DNA of 64,000 nucleotides from an uncultured Planctomycetia bacterium (GCA_963996245.1 CAXEIY010000203.1:174-64173); one strand, 5' to 3'; shown: positions 8,095 to 17,131, numbered from the stretch's first letter. The notes: generated by a model not told the origin, from the letters alone. Made by a program: numbers and translations.

Positions 8095-8583
8095 ATGAAC
8101 CGACAGCAACCAAAGATTGCGACCGTTGCAACGCGGCTTCTGCTGACGTGGCTCCTGATGGTGTTTGCCGGATGTCACGACGTCCAGACAGAAGAGACCG
8201 AGTATCATACGCCCGAACACATGCCAGCCGACTATCCAGCGGCCGTGGAGCAGTTGTTGGCGTTGCACGTCGAGATTGCCAACGGCGGTTCACGCGCGGG
8301 GGACGCCATCGACGTGTTTGCCGAAACCTATGACGTTGTGCGTTGGCTGCCAATGTTGGCCGCCGACAGCGATCTAGACGAAGAACCGTGGAATCGCGTC
8401 GACCGCGCCTCGCGCCGGCTGGAGGAAATCCTGAACGAAGTCCTTGCACGCAACGGCAGCGACCGGCGCGAGACGTATTTGCGATACGAGACGGAACTCG
8501 ACCAGCACCAGCGCGTGTTGGTCGAAATCAAACAGCAATTCCCAGCCGCCGCCAGCGCCATGCCAGCGGAGGAACCGAAATGA
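8095..8583 (+). CDS. Small helical lipoprotein, function unknown
   Basis: MNRQQPKIATVATRLLLTWLLMVFAGC carries a lipobox (VFAGC). A His/Glu-rich segment (TEYHTPEHMP) and predicted helical repeats follow. Tightly linked to its neighbours. Confidence 0.65.
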   Translation: MNRQQPKIATVATRLLLTWLLMVFAGCHDVQTEETEYHTPEHMPADYPAAVEQLLALHVEIANGGSRAGDAIDVFAETYDVVRWLPMLAADSDLDEEPWNRVDRASRRLEEILNEVLARNGSDRRETYLRYETELDQHQRVLVEIKQQFPAAASAMPAEEPK

Positions 8584-8593
8584 GGAGTCACCT

Positions 8594-10123
8594 ATGGACA
8601 GTCTGTTGTGGGGAGCTGTGCTCCGTTTTGCGCAGGCCCTTGTACAAGCAACGCCGACGATCCTGATTGGGTTAATCGTCGCGGGTGTCTTTCGTCAATT
8701 GTTGGGACATTCGGGAACGCGACGGTTGTTCGGCGACAACACATGGCGCTCACTGCCGCAGGCATGGGCGGTCGGTATGTTGCTGCCCGTCTGTTCGCTG
8801 GGAGTGATTCCCGTGTTGCGCGAAATGCGGCGCGCCGGGGTTTCCGGCGGCGCGATTCTGGCCTTCGGTTTGACGGCGCCGTTGTTCAACCCGATCTCGG
8901 TCCTGTACGGGCTGACGCTCGCCGACCCGATTGTGATAATCACGTTTTCGTTTTGTTCGCTGGTGATCGTGACGGTCGTGGGGATTGGCTGGGACATGCT
9001 GTTTCCGGGAACGGCGAACGCCGAGCCGGAACCGCCCGTGGTCGGATTCGGCGCAAAGCGGATGTTGTCAGTCACAGTGTTCAGTGCGCGGGAGTTGGCC
9101 GGGCCGAGCAGCCTGTACATCATCGCCGGCCTGCTGGGCGTGGCCATGCTTAGTCTGTTGCTACCCGCCGGCTACCTGGAATCGGCGGCAGAGCACAACG
9201 ACCCATTTGCCCCGTTGTTTATGTCCGCTGTGGCGATTCCGGCCTATGCCACGCCGATGACGGCGATCGTCCAATTGGCTTCGATGTTCCAGCACGGCAA
9301 CTCGGTGGGCGCAGCGTTTGCGCTGTTGGCTCTGGGTGCTGGCGCAAACCTGGGACTAGTCGTCTGGATGGCTCACAACTATGGTGCAAAACGAGCCGGT
9401 GTGTGGTTCGCGCTGTTGATCGTGGTCGTCGTGGGACTGTCCTACGGCGTGGATAAGCCGCTCTATCCGCACGGCGTGGAACCGGTGGGCCACACTCATG
9501 CTTTCGACATCTATTGTGCGCCCTTTCAGCCCGGGACGAGCAACGCGATGTTGACGGCTTGGCGCACCCTTTGGGAGAAAATCGCGCCGCACGAGATCTT
9601 TGCCTTGTTCGTATTAGGGCTGCTTATGGCCGCTGGCCTCGTGCTGTCTCGCTGGGATCGAGACGGTCGAGTCGAAAAATGGCTCCAGCAGCAACCGACC
9701 GCCAAACCTCGGTTTGATGTGGTTCTGCCCGGCCCCGTGCTCGGCGTTGTAGCCCTGATGGGTCTGATCGCTTTGAGCGTGTTCGGCTGCTACGTTTATT
9801 ACCCGGCTCCAGCCGAGATTTTCGAGGAGATGCGGATCGTCAACACGGAGGTGGTGGCCTCCGCTTCATCCCAGGACTGGGATACCGCCCTGTACTGGAT
9901 TCCCATCTACGACGACTGGACTCGCAAGCTGCAAGTCAGCATGTTCTTGCGCGGGGAAGAGCTGACTCCCTACCGCCGCGCCAAAGCGACAATCCTGCGT
10001 GACAAGTTGGAACTGCTCGAACACGAAGTCGAGGATCAGGAAGTCAAAGAATCTCGAGAACTCGGAATGGCCGTCACCCGAGCCTACAGTCGCATGCGAG
10101 CCGCCTATACGATGGAAAACTGA
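8594..10123 (+). CDS. ArsP/DUF318-type predicted permease with an additional C-terminal TM helix and a ~130-aa helical domain
   Basis: - N-terminal motif FAQALVQATPTILIGLIVAGVF...LLPVCSLGVIPVLREM is typical of the 'predicted permease' family (P-x-CS-x-G-x-x-P).
- Multiple TM segments.
- The ATG at 8594 is preceded by gaggag.
- The C-terminal part (VLPGPVLGVVALMGLIALSVFGCYVYY plus the EIFEEMRIVN...LELLEHEVEDQ helical region) lies beyond the usual permease length. Confidence 0.8.
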   Translation: MDSLLWGAVLRFAQALVQATPTILIGLIVAGVFRQLLGHSGTRRLFGDNTWRSLPQAWAVGMLLPVCSLGVIPVLREMRRAGVSGGAILAFGLTAPLFNPISVLYGLTLADPIVIITFSFCSLVIVTVVGIGWDMLFPGTANAEPEPPVVGFGAKRMLSVTVFSARELAGPSSLYIIAGLLGVAMLSLLLPAGYLESAAEHNDPFAPLFMSAVAIPAYATPMTAIVQLASMFQHGNSVGAAFALLALGAGANLGLVVWMAHNYGAKRAGVWFALLIVVVVGLSYGVDKPLYPHGVEPVGHTHAFDIYCAPFQPGTSNAMLTAWRTLWEKIAPHEIFALFVLGLLMAAGLVLSRWDRDGRVEKWLQQQPTAKPRFDVVLPGPVLGVVALMGLIALSVFGCYVYYPAPAEIFEEMRIVNTEVVASASSQDWDTALYWIPIYDDWTRKLQVSMFLRGEELTPYRRAKATILRDKLELLEHEVEDQEVKESRELGMAVTRAYSRMRAAYTMEN

Positions 10124-10154
10124 TCAGATATGGCTACTCTAACTCAGAAGGTGG

Positions 10155-10176
10155 ATACACACCCCCTTTTACCTAA
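10155..10176 (+). repeat. Distal degenerate copy of the tRNA-Sec 3' end (putative displaced att remnant)
   Basis: It lies in the short non-coding gap between the last GC-rich gene (stop at 10123) and the first normal-composition gene (stop at 10183). 16 of 22 positions match 1896-1917. Confidence 0.5.
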
Positions 10177-10182
10177 TAACCG

Positions 10183-10989
10183 CTACGACGCACCTTGCAG
10201 GTGCGCCTGAATCGCCTGCTGGAGAAGTCGAATCGTTGGAGAACCACGAAAGGGAACGTCCAACCAAAGAATATCACCCTTTGAGCTGACCAGATACAGC
10301 CTCGGTACCGTTTCCGTTGCAAACTGAGAAAAATAAGAACCCTCTTCGTCCAGAAGTACCGGAAAATCCAGTTCCAGGCCACTAATGATCTCCCGCACCT
10401 TCTCAATCGGCTGTCCCCGGTTGATGGCCACGACCTGTACCTTTTCCCATTCCGAATGGACGACCTGTTGTTGCAGTGACTTAATCGCAAAAGATCCGTA
10501 CGGCGTACCTGAATCCCAGAAGAGAATAACCATCGCTGAGGAAGCAGCGCGTAAGGCATCAATGCTCTGATGCATTCCATCAAGATCCAACAACTCGGCA
10601 GACGGAATCATATCACCCGTCGTCAGTAACGTGCTCTTGGCATAGTTTCCACTTCCCAAGTCGACGACCGGCATGCTGACCGATTCTCCGGCTTCCTGAT
10701 CGGACACTTCTTCCGTAGTTTCCGATCCCGAAACCACTTCGTCAACCGGCGTTTGCTGCTCTGGTTCCACAGACTGTGGCAGGACTGGTTCTTGCGGTAT
10801 GTCCGGACTGCTGAGCTCCTCTGAGACAACAGGTTGATCCGGTACCACCTCGATTGACGGCGATGGTAATAATGGTTCGGAAACCACTTTCTCTTCGGGA
10901 ACCGGGGAAGGATCGCTACCGGCCTCTTGATCACTGCAACCAGAACTCCACACGATACCGAAGACTGAAAGACACCAGATCCATCTCAT
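10183..10989 (-). CDS. Lipoprotein with a Pro/Glu/Val-rich linker and a thioredoxin-fold (TlpA/ResA-like) domain lacking the CXXC cysteines
   Basis: MRWIWCLSVFGIVWSSGC carries a lipobox. The fold match is AMVILFWDSGTPYGSFAIKSL...VQVVAINRGQPIEKVREI...DFPVLLDEEG...VPRLYLVSSKGDILW. At the position of FW-x-x-WCxxC it reads FWDSGTPYG. The ATG at 10989 has a ggagg RBS. Confidence 0.75.
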   Translation of the reverse strand: MRWIWCLSVFGIVWSSGCSDQEAGSDPSPVPEEKVVSEPLLPSPSIEVVPDQPVVSEELSSPDIPQEPVLPQSVEPEQQTPVDEVVSGSETTEEVSDQEAGESVSMPVVDLGSGNYAKSTLLTTGDMIPSAELLDLDGMHQSIDALRAASSAMVILFWDSGTPYGSFAIKSLQQQVVHSEWEKVQVVAINRGQPIEKVREIISGLELDFPVLLDEEGSYFSQFATETVPRLYLVSSKGDILWLDVPFRGSPTIRLLQQAIQAHLQGAS

Positions 10990-11129
10990 CACTTTCCTCC
11001 TGAAACTACCAAAGGTCCCCGACAATTTTATCTCGACAGGGAAGCTGCCACAGATCTTTTCCTCCACATAAAACCAACGCTGGTACTGTGACTTTCGCAC
11101 CGGAGACTGTCAACGGTAAAACAAGTCGT

Positions 11130-12890
11130 TCATCGTAAAGCAATGCCGAGGTCACGTAGATGAGTGTCATCCACCGGTGAGGGTGCACCGTTCATCAGAT
11201 CTGCTGCGCGCTGCGTCTTGGGGAAAGCGATCACATCTCGAATATTATCCGAACCTGCAAACAACATCACCCAGCGATCCAGGCCGAGGGCAATGCCTCC
11301 ATGAGGCGGCGCTCCGTACTGCAACGCATCCAGTAAGAATCCGAACCGCGCTTGTGCGGTCTCGTGATCCATTGAAAGCAACTCAAAAACACGCTGCTGT
11401 ACCTGAGAGTCGTGAATTCTAATGCTTCCGCTTCCTGCCTCGTAACCGTTTACGACAAGATCATAAGCCTGAGCACGAACAGATCCGGGATCGGCATCCA
11501 GTTTTCCAAGATCTTCTTTTATCGGCATCGTGAAAGGATGATGCTCCGATACCCAGCGATTACCTTCCTTGTCCCACGCGAACATGGGAAAATCGGTTAC
11601 CCATAGCGGATGTATCGTATGAGGATCATACAACTCCAACTCCCGACCAAATCGATTTCGCAATTCTGCCAGAGACTGGGAGGTCACGTCGAAGGAATCT
11701 GCTACAAAAACGAGAAAGTCACCGGCAACCGCCTCCATTCGTTCCATAATCGCCTGTTGTTGATCGGATTCGAAAAATTTTGCGGTTGGCGAATCGAACT
11801 GTCCTTCCGGATTAATCCTGAACCAGACCAGTCCACGTGCTTTCCATTGACCTACCCATGCAATTAATTCATCCATTTCCTTACGGGAATAACGATCTGC
11901 GGCTCCTTTGAGACATAATCCGCAAACGTGGCCGTCCGACTGAACGGTCTTTGAAAACACACCAAAAGCGCTGTCTGCAACAAGATCACTGATTTCAACT
12001 ATTTCGAGTCCAAAACGGCAATCCGGTTTGTCCGTACCGTACCTGCGAATGGCCTCGTCATGACTCATCCGAGGCAAAGGAAGTGTGATCTCCTCATCAC
12101 GCAGGTCTTTCATCAACCGGGCTACCATTCCGTCAATCAATCCAAGGATATCGTCCTGTTCGACGAATGACATCTCGACATCGATTTGAGTGAACTCTGG
12201 TTGCCGGTCTGCACGAAGATCTTCATCCCGAAAACATCGCGCAATCTGAATATATCGATCCATCCCCCCAACCATTAATAGTTGTTTGAAAATCTGAGGG
12301 GACTGGGGAAGTGCAAAAAAGTGCCCTTTGTTGACCCGACTGGGCACCAGATAATCTCTGGCACCTTCTGGTGTACTGCGACCCAGGATCGGCGTTTCAA
12401 TGTCCAGAAAACCTTCCTCATCAAAATAATTTCGTACACTTTTTGTTAATTGATGACGCAGAACAAGGAGTTCTTGCATCTCGGTACGTCTCAGATCGAG
12501 ATACCGATAGCGCAGACGAAGGTCTTCACCTGGTAACTCTTTTGCACCAGGTTCGAAAGGAGGTGTCTTGCTAGAGGCAAGAATCTCCATATTTCGGACA
12601 TGTATTTCAATTTCCCCCGTCGCCAGCTTTGGATTAACTGTGCCCTCTGGTCGACTGGCTACCACGCCCTCAATCTGAATAACCCATTCACTGCGTAAAT
12701 GGCGAGAGGCTTCCTGAAGTTTTTCTCCACCCGAAGTATCGAATTTGACCTGGGTTACTCCATAACGATCACGGAGATCAATAAACACTAGAGATCGATG
12801 ATCCCGCCAGTGTTCCACCCATCCGCAAAGCGTTACGGTCTGGCCTATCTGTTCCTGGCGTAATTCACCACAGGTATGTGAACGGTACAA
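11130..12890 (-). CDS. aspS: Aspartate--tRNA ligase
   Basis: 586 aa. It begins [11 protein letters not shown]...[26 protein letters not shown] (OB anticodon-binding domain) and carries class II motifs [18 protein letters not shown] and [12 protein letters not shown] start with an aggag RBS. Confidence 0.95.
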   Translation of the reverse strand: MYRSHTCGELRQEQIGQTVTLCGWVEHWRDHRSLVFIDLRDRYGVTQVKFDTSGGEKLQEASRHLRSEWVIQIEGVVASRPEGTVNPKLATGEIEIHVRNMEILASSKTPPFEPGAKELPGEDLRLRYRYLDLRRTEMQELLVLRHQLTKSVRNYFDEEGFLDIETPILGRSTPEGARDYLVPSRVNKGHFFALPQSPQIFKQLLMVGGMDRYIQIARCFRDEDLRADRQPEFTQIDVEMSFVEQDDILGLIDGMVARLMKDLRDEEITLPLPRMSHDEAIRRYGTDKPDCRFGLEIVEISDLVADSAFGVFSKTVQSDGHVCGLCLKGAADRYSRKEMDELIAWVGQWKARGLVWFRINPEGQFDSPTAKFFESDQQQAIMERMEAVAGDFLVFVADSFDVTSQSLAELRNRFGRELELYDPHTIHPLWVTDFPMFAWDKEGNRWVSEHHPFTMPIKEDLGKLDADPGSVRAQAYDLVVNGYEAGSGSIRIHDSQVQQRVFELLSMDHETAQARFGFLLDALQYGAPPHGGIALGLDRWVMLFAGSDNIRDVIAFPKTQRAADLMNGAPSPVDDTHLRDLGIALR

Positions 12891-12999
12891 AGATCTTTTC
12901 TCCTGAAGGACTACCGATTTCGAACTTTGGTCTTACTTAAGTATAACATGTCCGCGATTTTTTCTTAGACTGGCTTATGGATCTGCACGTCCCACCCCA

Positions 13000-13971
13000 T
13001 CATCCACTTCCTGTTATAGGTCGATTGCGCGCTGTCAGAATTACCTGTTCTGCTACTTCAGAGGGCATTTCTTCACCGGTGAGGTGGACCCTCTGGCATT
13101 CCTCAAGGCTTCGAAACCAGGTGCGCTGATGTTTGGCAAGCCGACGAGTCCGTTGTTTCAGTAACTGAACCATTTCCTCCAATTCGGCTTTTCCATCGAG
13201 AAAATCAAGGACTTCCTTGCATCCCAATGATTGTCGGGCGCCACGACTCAGAGGCCTTTCCAAACCACGCAGCCCTTCCACCTCGCGTATTAAGCCGTCA
13301 ACCAACATTTTATCGACACGTTGATTGATACGTTCACTGAGCAGCTCACGGGGTAGTGTTAGGCAAAACACCTTATTGTGTTTGGCTTTACCGGCCGTAA
13401 ACCTACTGAATTGTGTTTGATGTGCGCTGATGGGAATACCTGTTTTTTCGAATACCTCCAGTGCACGAATAATCCGTCTGATATCATTCGGGTGTAAGCG
13501 ACTAGCCGATACTGGGTCTACTTTCCGCAACGCCTCATGAACAAAATCAACCCCTTTTACTTCAGCATCCTGCTGCCATTTGGCACGAATTTCCATATCA
13601 GCAGATGGCCCTTTAAAAATGCCTCTCAAAATCGCTTTCAGATAAAGCACCGTGCCTCCCACAAAGAGGATCTTCTTTCCCCGACTAAGTATCCGATCAC
13701 AAGTATTTGCAGCAAGTGTCCGGTACTTGGCAAGACTGCATTCTTCCCATGGATCCAGCACATCAATCAGATGGTGACGAACACGACGCTGCTGTTCTGC
13801 TGATGGTTTTGCCGTACCAATGTTGAGATGCCGGTATAGCATCATGGAGTCCATCGAAACAATCTCGGCCTCCAGCCGTTCCGCCAGTTCGATACCCACT
13901 TCGGATTTACCGACTGCGGTTGGCCCGGTAAGGAACCATGCCTCGCCAAATGCCTCTGCTGTTACATGCAT
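13000..13971 (-). CDS. miaA: tRNA dimethylallyltransferase
   Basis: P-loop LTGPTAVGKSEVGIELA, DSMMLYRHLNIGTAKP and HHLIDVLDP are typical MiaA motifs. Confidence 0.95.
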   Translation of the reverse strand: MHVTAEAFGEAWFLTGPTAVGKSEVGIELAERLEAEIVSMDSMMLYRHLNIGTAKPSAEQQRRVRHHLIDVLDPWEECSLAKYRTLAANTCDRILSRGKKILFVGGTVLYLKAILRGIFKGPSADMEIRAKWQQDAEVKGVDFVHEALRKVDPVSASRLHPNDIRRIIRALEVFEKTGIPISAHQTQFSRFTAGKAKHNKVFCLTLPRELLSERINQRVDKMLVDGLIREVEGLRGLERPLSRGARQSLGCKEVLDFLDGKAELEEMVQLLKQRTRRLAKHQRTWFRSLEECQRVHLTGEEMPSEVAEQVILTARNRPITGSG

Positions 13972-14191
13972 GACCTCACCACAACTGTTCTAATCGCAAC
14001 CCACTCCTCATTATCCCCGAGTTCAAATGCTTGAAAAGATTTATTTCATTCATGACAGGCGGTCCCGTTGCTTAATCCTAAAAGAACGGATTGATTCCAC
14101 TTGAAAACGGACTGGCTGTTCCCCAATTGAACCGGCGTTCGCAGATGACCGGTCATGGCCCCCTATTCAAAATACCCTGTCGTGTCTACCT

Positions 14192-16012
14192 TTGCCAACC
14201 AAAGAGCGCATCGATACACTGGCACATAGACTACATTGTAAAAGGACTCCACTCACAGCCCACAGCATCCATTTACCTTTGGCATTGGACTTTCAATTCC
14301 AGGCTCTGGCACGCTCTTCCTCAAGCTCTCAAACCCTGAACACCTTTATGAACTCTGGTCCGGTATATCCCGCTCGTATGATTGCCCCACGTGAAAACCG
14401 GTCACTCGTGGTACAACCCAAGGTATCCAAACTCGAATCCGTCTGTGACGCCAATCAGTCCATACTGACATCCACGGATTATAGTTTTCAGGGAAAAACC
14501 TTGAATGAGTTACGTCTGCTCGCCCATTCCTACATTCTCCGCGCCGGGACCGACTGGGCAGAATCGGTTGAAATCAGGACACCAACCAGCTCTCATTTGC
14601 ACTATTCTATCGAACCGGAAAAGACCAACTCTGAGATACCCAAACCGGTCTTGATTGTCGGTCATCAGCCAGAGTTCTTTCACCCGGGAGTATGGGTAAA
14701 GAATATTGTTGTTTCCGCTTTAGCGCAACGTCTGGGCATGATTCCACTCAACCTGATCGTCGACAACGACTTGGTAAAAAACAAATCACTACGTGTACCT
14801 TCCGGATCTCCCGAAAAACCCTCGTACCTGGATATCCCTTTTGATAAATGGACCCAGGCGCTGCCATTCGAACAAACACACGTCCATGATTTTCCTCTGT
14901 TTGAAAGTTTTGCCGATCGCACACGAGAAGCCATCAGGAATTTTTCTTCCAATCCTCTACTTTCCTCCATATGGCCGAGGGTTATCGACGGAGTGAAAAA
15001 GCAATTTCCACTGGGAGTTTGTTTTGCCAGACCCAGAATTGAAACGGAACGAGAATGGGGTTACGGTTGTCTTGAGCTACCCATCAGCCGAATCGCTGAA
15101 CATGATAGTTTCCTTTGGTTTTTCTGCCATTTAATAGCACAACTTCCCCGCTTTCACACCGAATACAATACCGCACTACACCTCTATCGCAAACGGCATC
15201 GGATTCGCAATTCTGGACAACCCGTTTCTGCACTCCAAAAAGAGGACCAGTGGTACGAAGCACCGTTCTGGGTAGTAAGCCCCAAAGGAACACAACGAGA
15301 CCGTCTTTTTGTGCGACACACTGCGCAGGAAGTGATACTGCGCGGACAGCACCAAGAACTGGGTCGTCTCCCACTCGGACCCGAACAGGATGCCCGATAC
15401 GCTGTTGAAATTCTCCAATCACTACAAAACGAGGGACTCTCCTTTCGCCCACGAGCCCTTACAACTACCCTGTTTGCAAGAACGATTCTAGGAGATCTGT
15501 TTTTCCATGGTATTGGCGGCGCAAAGTACGATGAACTCACAGACCATCTGATCGAACAATTTTTCGGCATGAGCCCACCTCACTTCGTCACGCTGACAGC
15601 AACTCTCCACTTATCAGACGGACCCCGGTTCCCCGAGGCAGCCAACCAAGTCCGCCAGTGTGAACACCAACTACGTGACCTCCATTGGAACCCTGACCGA
15701 CATCTTGACCAACAGGATCGTTCCAACCCTGAACTAACACCGATCATCGCCAGAAAACAAGCACTTTCACGCACCAACCCAGAATCCAGTGACCAACAGC
15801 GCAAACAGTTCACAGAAATCAGAAAAATTAATGCCCAAATACGTAAAACGGTCCACACCCGTCGTGAAGAAACGCGTCGTCGTCTTCAGACTTTACGACT
15901 TCAGGAAACAGCACATCGTTTTCTGATTTACCGAGAATTTCCCTTCTGCCTCTACTCCATGGAAAAATTGCGCTCTTTTTTTGATGAAATATGTCAATTC
16001 CGAACACCCTAA
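14192..16012 (+). CDS. Conserved-looking hypothetical protein with a weak, three-motif resemblance to BshC-type putative cysteine ligases. The start is uncertain (TTG 14192 or ATG 14348).
   Basis: A long uninterrupted ORF of normal composition. Motifs are LIVGHQPEFFHPGVWVKNIVVSALAQ, FRPRALTTTLFARTILGDLFFHGIGGAKYDELTD and a basic coiled-coil-like C-terminus ending YREFPFCLYSMEKLRSFF. Confidence 0.7.
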   Translation: MPTKERIDTLAHRLHCKRTPLTAHSIHLPLALDFQFQALARSSSSSQTLNTFMNSGPVYPARMIAPRENRSLVVQPKVSKLESVCDANQSILTSTDYSFQGKTLNELRLLAHSYILRAGTDWAESVEIRTPTSSHLHYSIEPEKTNSEIPKPVLIVGHQPEFFHPGVWVKNIVVSALAQRLGMIPLNLIVDNDLVKNKSLRVPSGSPEKPSYLDIPFDKWTQALPFEQTHVHDFPLFESFADRTREAIRNFSSNPLLSSIWPRVIDGVKKQFPLGVCFARPRIETEREWGYGCLELPISRIAEHDSFLWFFCHLIAQLPRFHTEYNTALHLYRKRHRIRNSGQPVSALQKEDQWYEAPFWVVSPKGTQRDRLFVRHTAQEVILRGQHQELGRLPLGPEQDARYAVEILQSLQNEGLSFRPRALTTTLFARTILGDLFFHGIGGAKYDELTDHLIEQFFGMSPPHFVTLTATLHLSDGPRFPEAANQVRQCEHQLRDLHWNPDRHLDQQDRSNPELTPIIARKQALSRTNPESSDQQRKQFTEIRKINAQIRKTVHTRREETRRRLQTLRLQETAHRFLIYREFPFCLYSMEKLRSFFDEICQFRTP

Positions 16013-16195
16013 AAACAAAATAGCTGTCTTTTTAACGTGCCTCTGTTGCAAGTCTACTGCGTTGACACCCCTGATAAAGCAACCTAGAATCTCCGCTGCA
16101 TGTGGGACATTTCTTCGAGCATCAGACACACTCGTCGGTACCACAACAAACTCACTTTTTCCAGTACTACACCGGACTTCTACCCCATTCAACTC

Positions 16196-17131
16196 ATGGC
16201 ACAAAAACTGATTATTGATACCGATCCAGGAATAGATGATGCCTTTGCCCTGACACTTGCCATGCTTGAGCCCAAACTGGATGTTCAGGTCATCACTGCC
16301 ACATCAGGAAATGTGAACTCCCGTCAGTCAACTCGAAATGTACAGACTATCATTGAACAACTGGACCCGCTGCCCTGGCCACGATTTGGTGCGGCATCGA
16401 CAGAGCGAGAAGAAACGAACATTCACGCAACTCATATCCACGGAAAAGACGGTCTGGGAGAGTCCACTTTCAACGTAGCTGAACTACACCACCTACACCG
16501 TTCGGACAAGTTGCTTTGTGACACCATTCGTCATTCTCCAGATACGTTTCGAATCTTGGCAATAGGACCACTCACGAACCTGGCGAGTGCCTTTCGACGT
16601 GACCCCACTCTCCCCAAACTGATCCAGAATCTTGTGATTATGGGTGGTTCCCTGTCCGTTGGTGGTAACGTTACCGCTATGGCTGAATTTAACATTTACG
16701 CCGATCCACTTGCAGCTCGGGAAGTTTTTCACAGCCCGGTACCCAAACTGCTCGTCCCGCTTGATGTGACGCAAAAGTTCCTATTCTCCTTTAATCACTT
16801 TGATCTATTACCCTCAGAAAAAACACGCGCTGGAAAACTACTGAGACAGATCATCCCCTTTGCCTTTCGGTCACATCATCACCTTCTGGGTCTGGAAGGA
16901 ATCTATTTACATGATGTCCTCGCGCTTATCGCATTGGTAAAACCAGATCTTTTTCAGACAAAAAATATTGCCTGCGATATCGAAACCACCGGAGAATTGA
17001 CCAGAGGGACCACTATTGTTGATCGTCGGATAGGTATGTATCAGCCACCCAACCTTGAAGTGGTCGTCGACGTCGACCTTGATGGTGTTACCGATTACCT
17101 GTGGGCCACGTTGGCTCGTGCTGTTCCCTAA
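16196..17131 (+). CDS. Nucleoside hydrolase (inosine/uridine-preferring family)
   Basis: N-terminal signature LIIDTDPGIDDAFAL (DxDxxxDD), and later DPLAAREVF and HDVLAL. Confidence 0.9.
   Translation: MAQKLIIDTDPGIDDAFALTLAMLEPKLDVQVITATSGNVNSRQSTRNVQTIIEQLDPLPWPRFGAASTEREETNIHATHIHGKDGLGESTFNVAELHHLHRSDKLLCDTIRHSPDTFRILAIGPLTNLASAFRRDPTLPKLIQNLVIMGGSLSVGGNVTAMAEFNIYADPLAAREVFHSPVPKLLVPLDVTQKFLFSFNHFDLLPSEKTRAGKLLRQIIPFAFRSHHHLLGLEGIYLHDVLALIALVKPDLFQTKNIACDIETTGELTRGTTIVDRRIGMYQPPNLEVVVDVDLDGVTDYLWATLARAVP

Larger units (their letters stand above)
1910..10176. mobile_element. GC-rich genomic island (decayed integrative element) inserted at the 3' end of tRNA-Sec
   Basis: - The compositional break starts right after the tRNA CCA and ends in the 60-nt gap between the stops at 10123 and 10183.
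- Hand-sampled 60-nt stretches give roughly 57-70% GC inside (one at 47%) versus roughly 43-58% outside.
- CpG-rich and Arg/Ala-rich coding, with long antisense shadow ORFs, occur only in this segment.
- An integrase remnant abuts the tRNA.
- A degenerate direct repeat of the tRNA 3' end lies at the distal edge. Confidence 0.75.
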
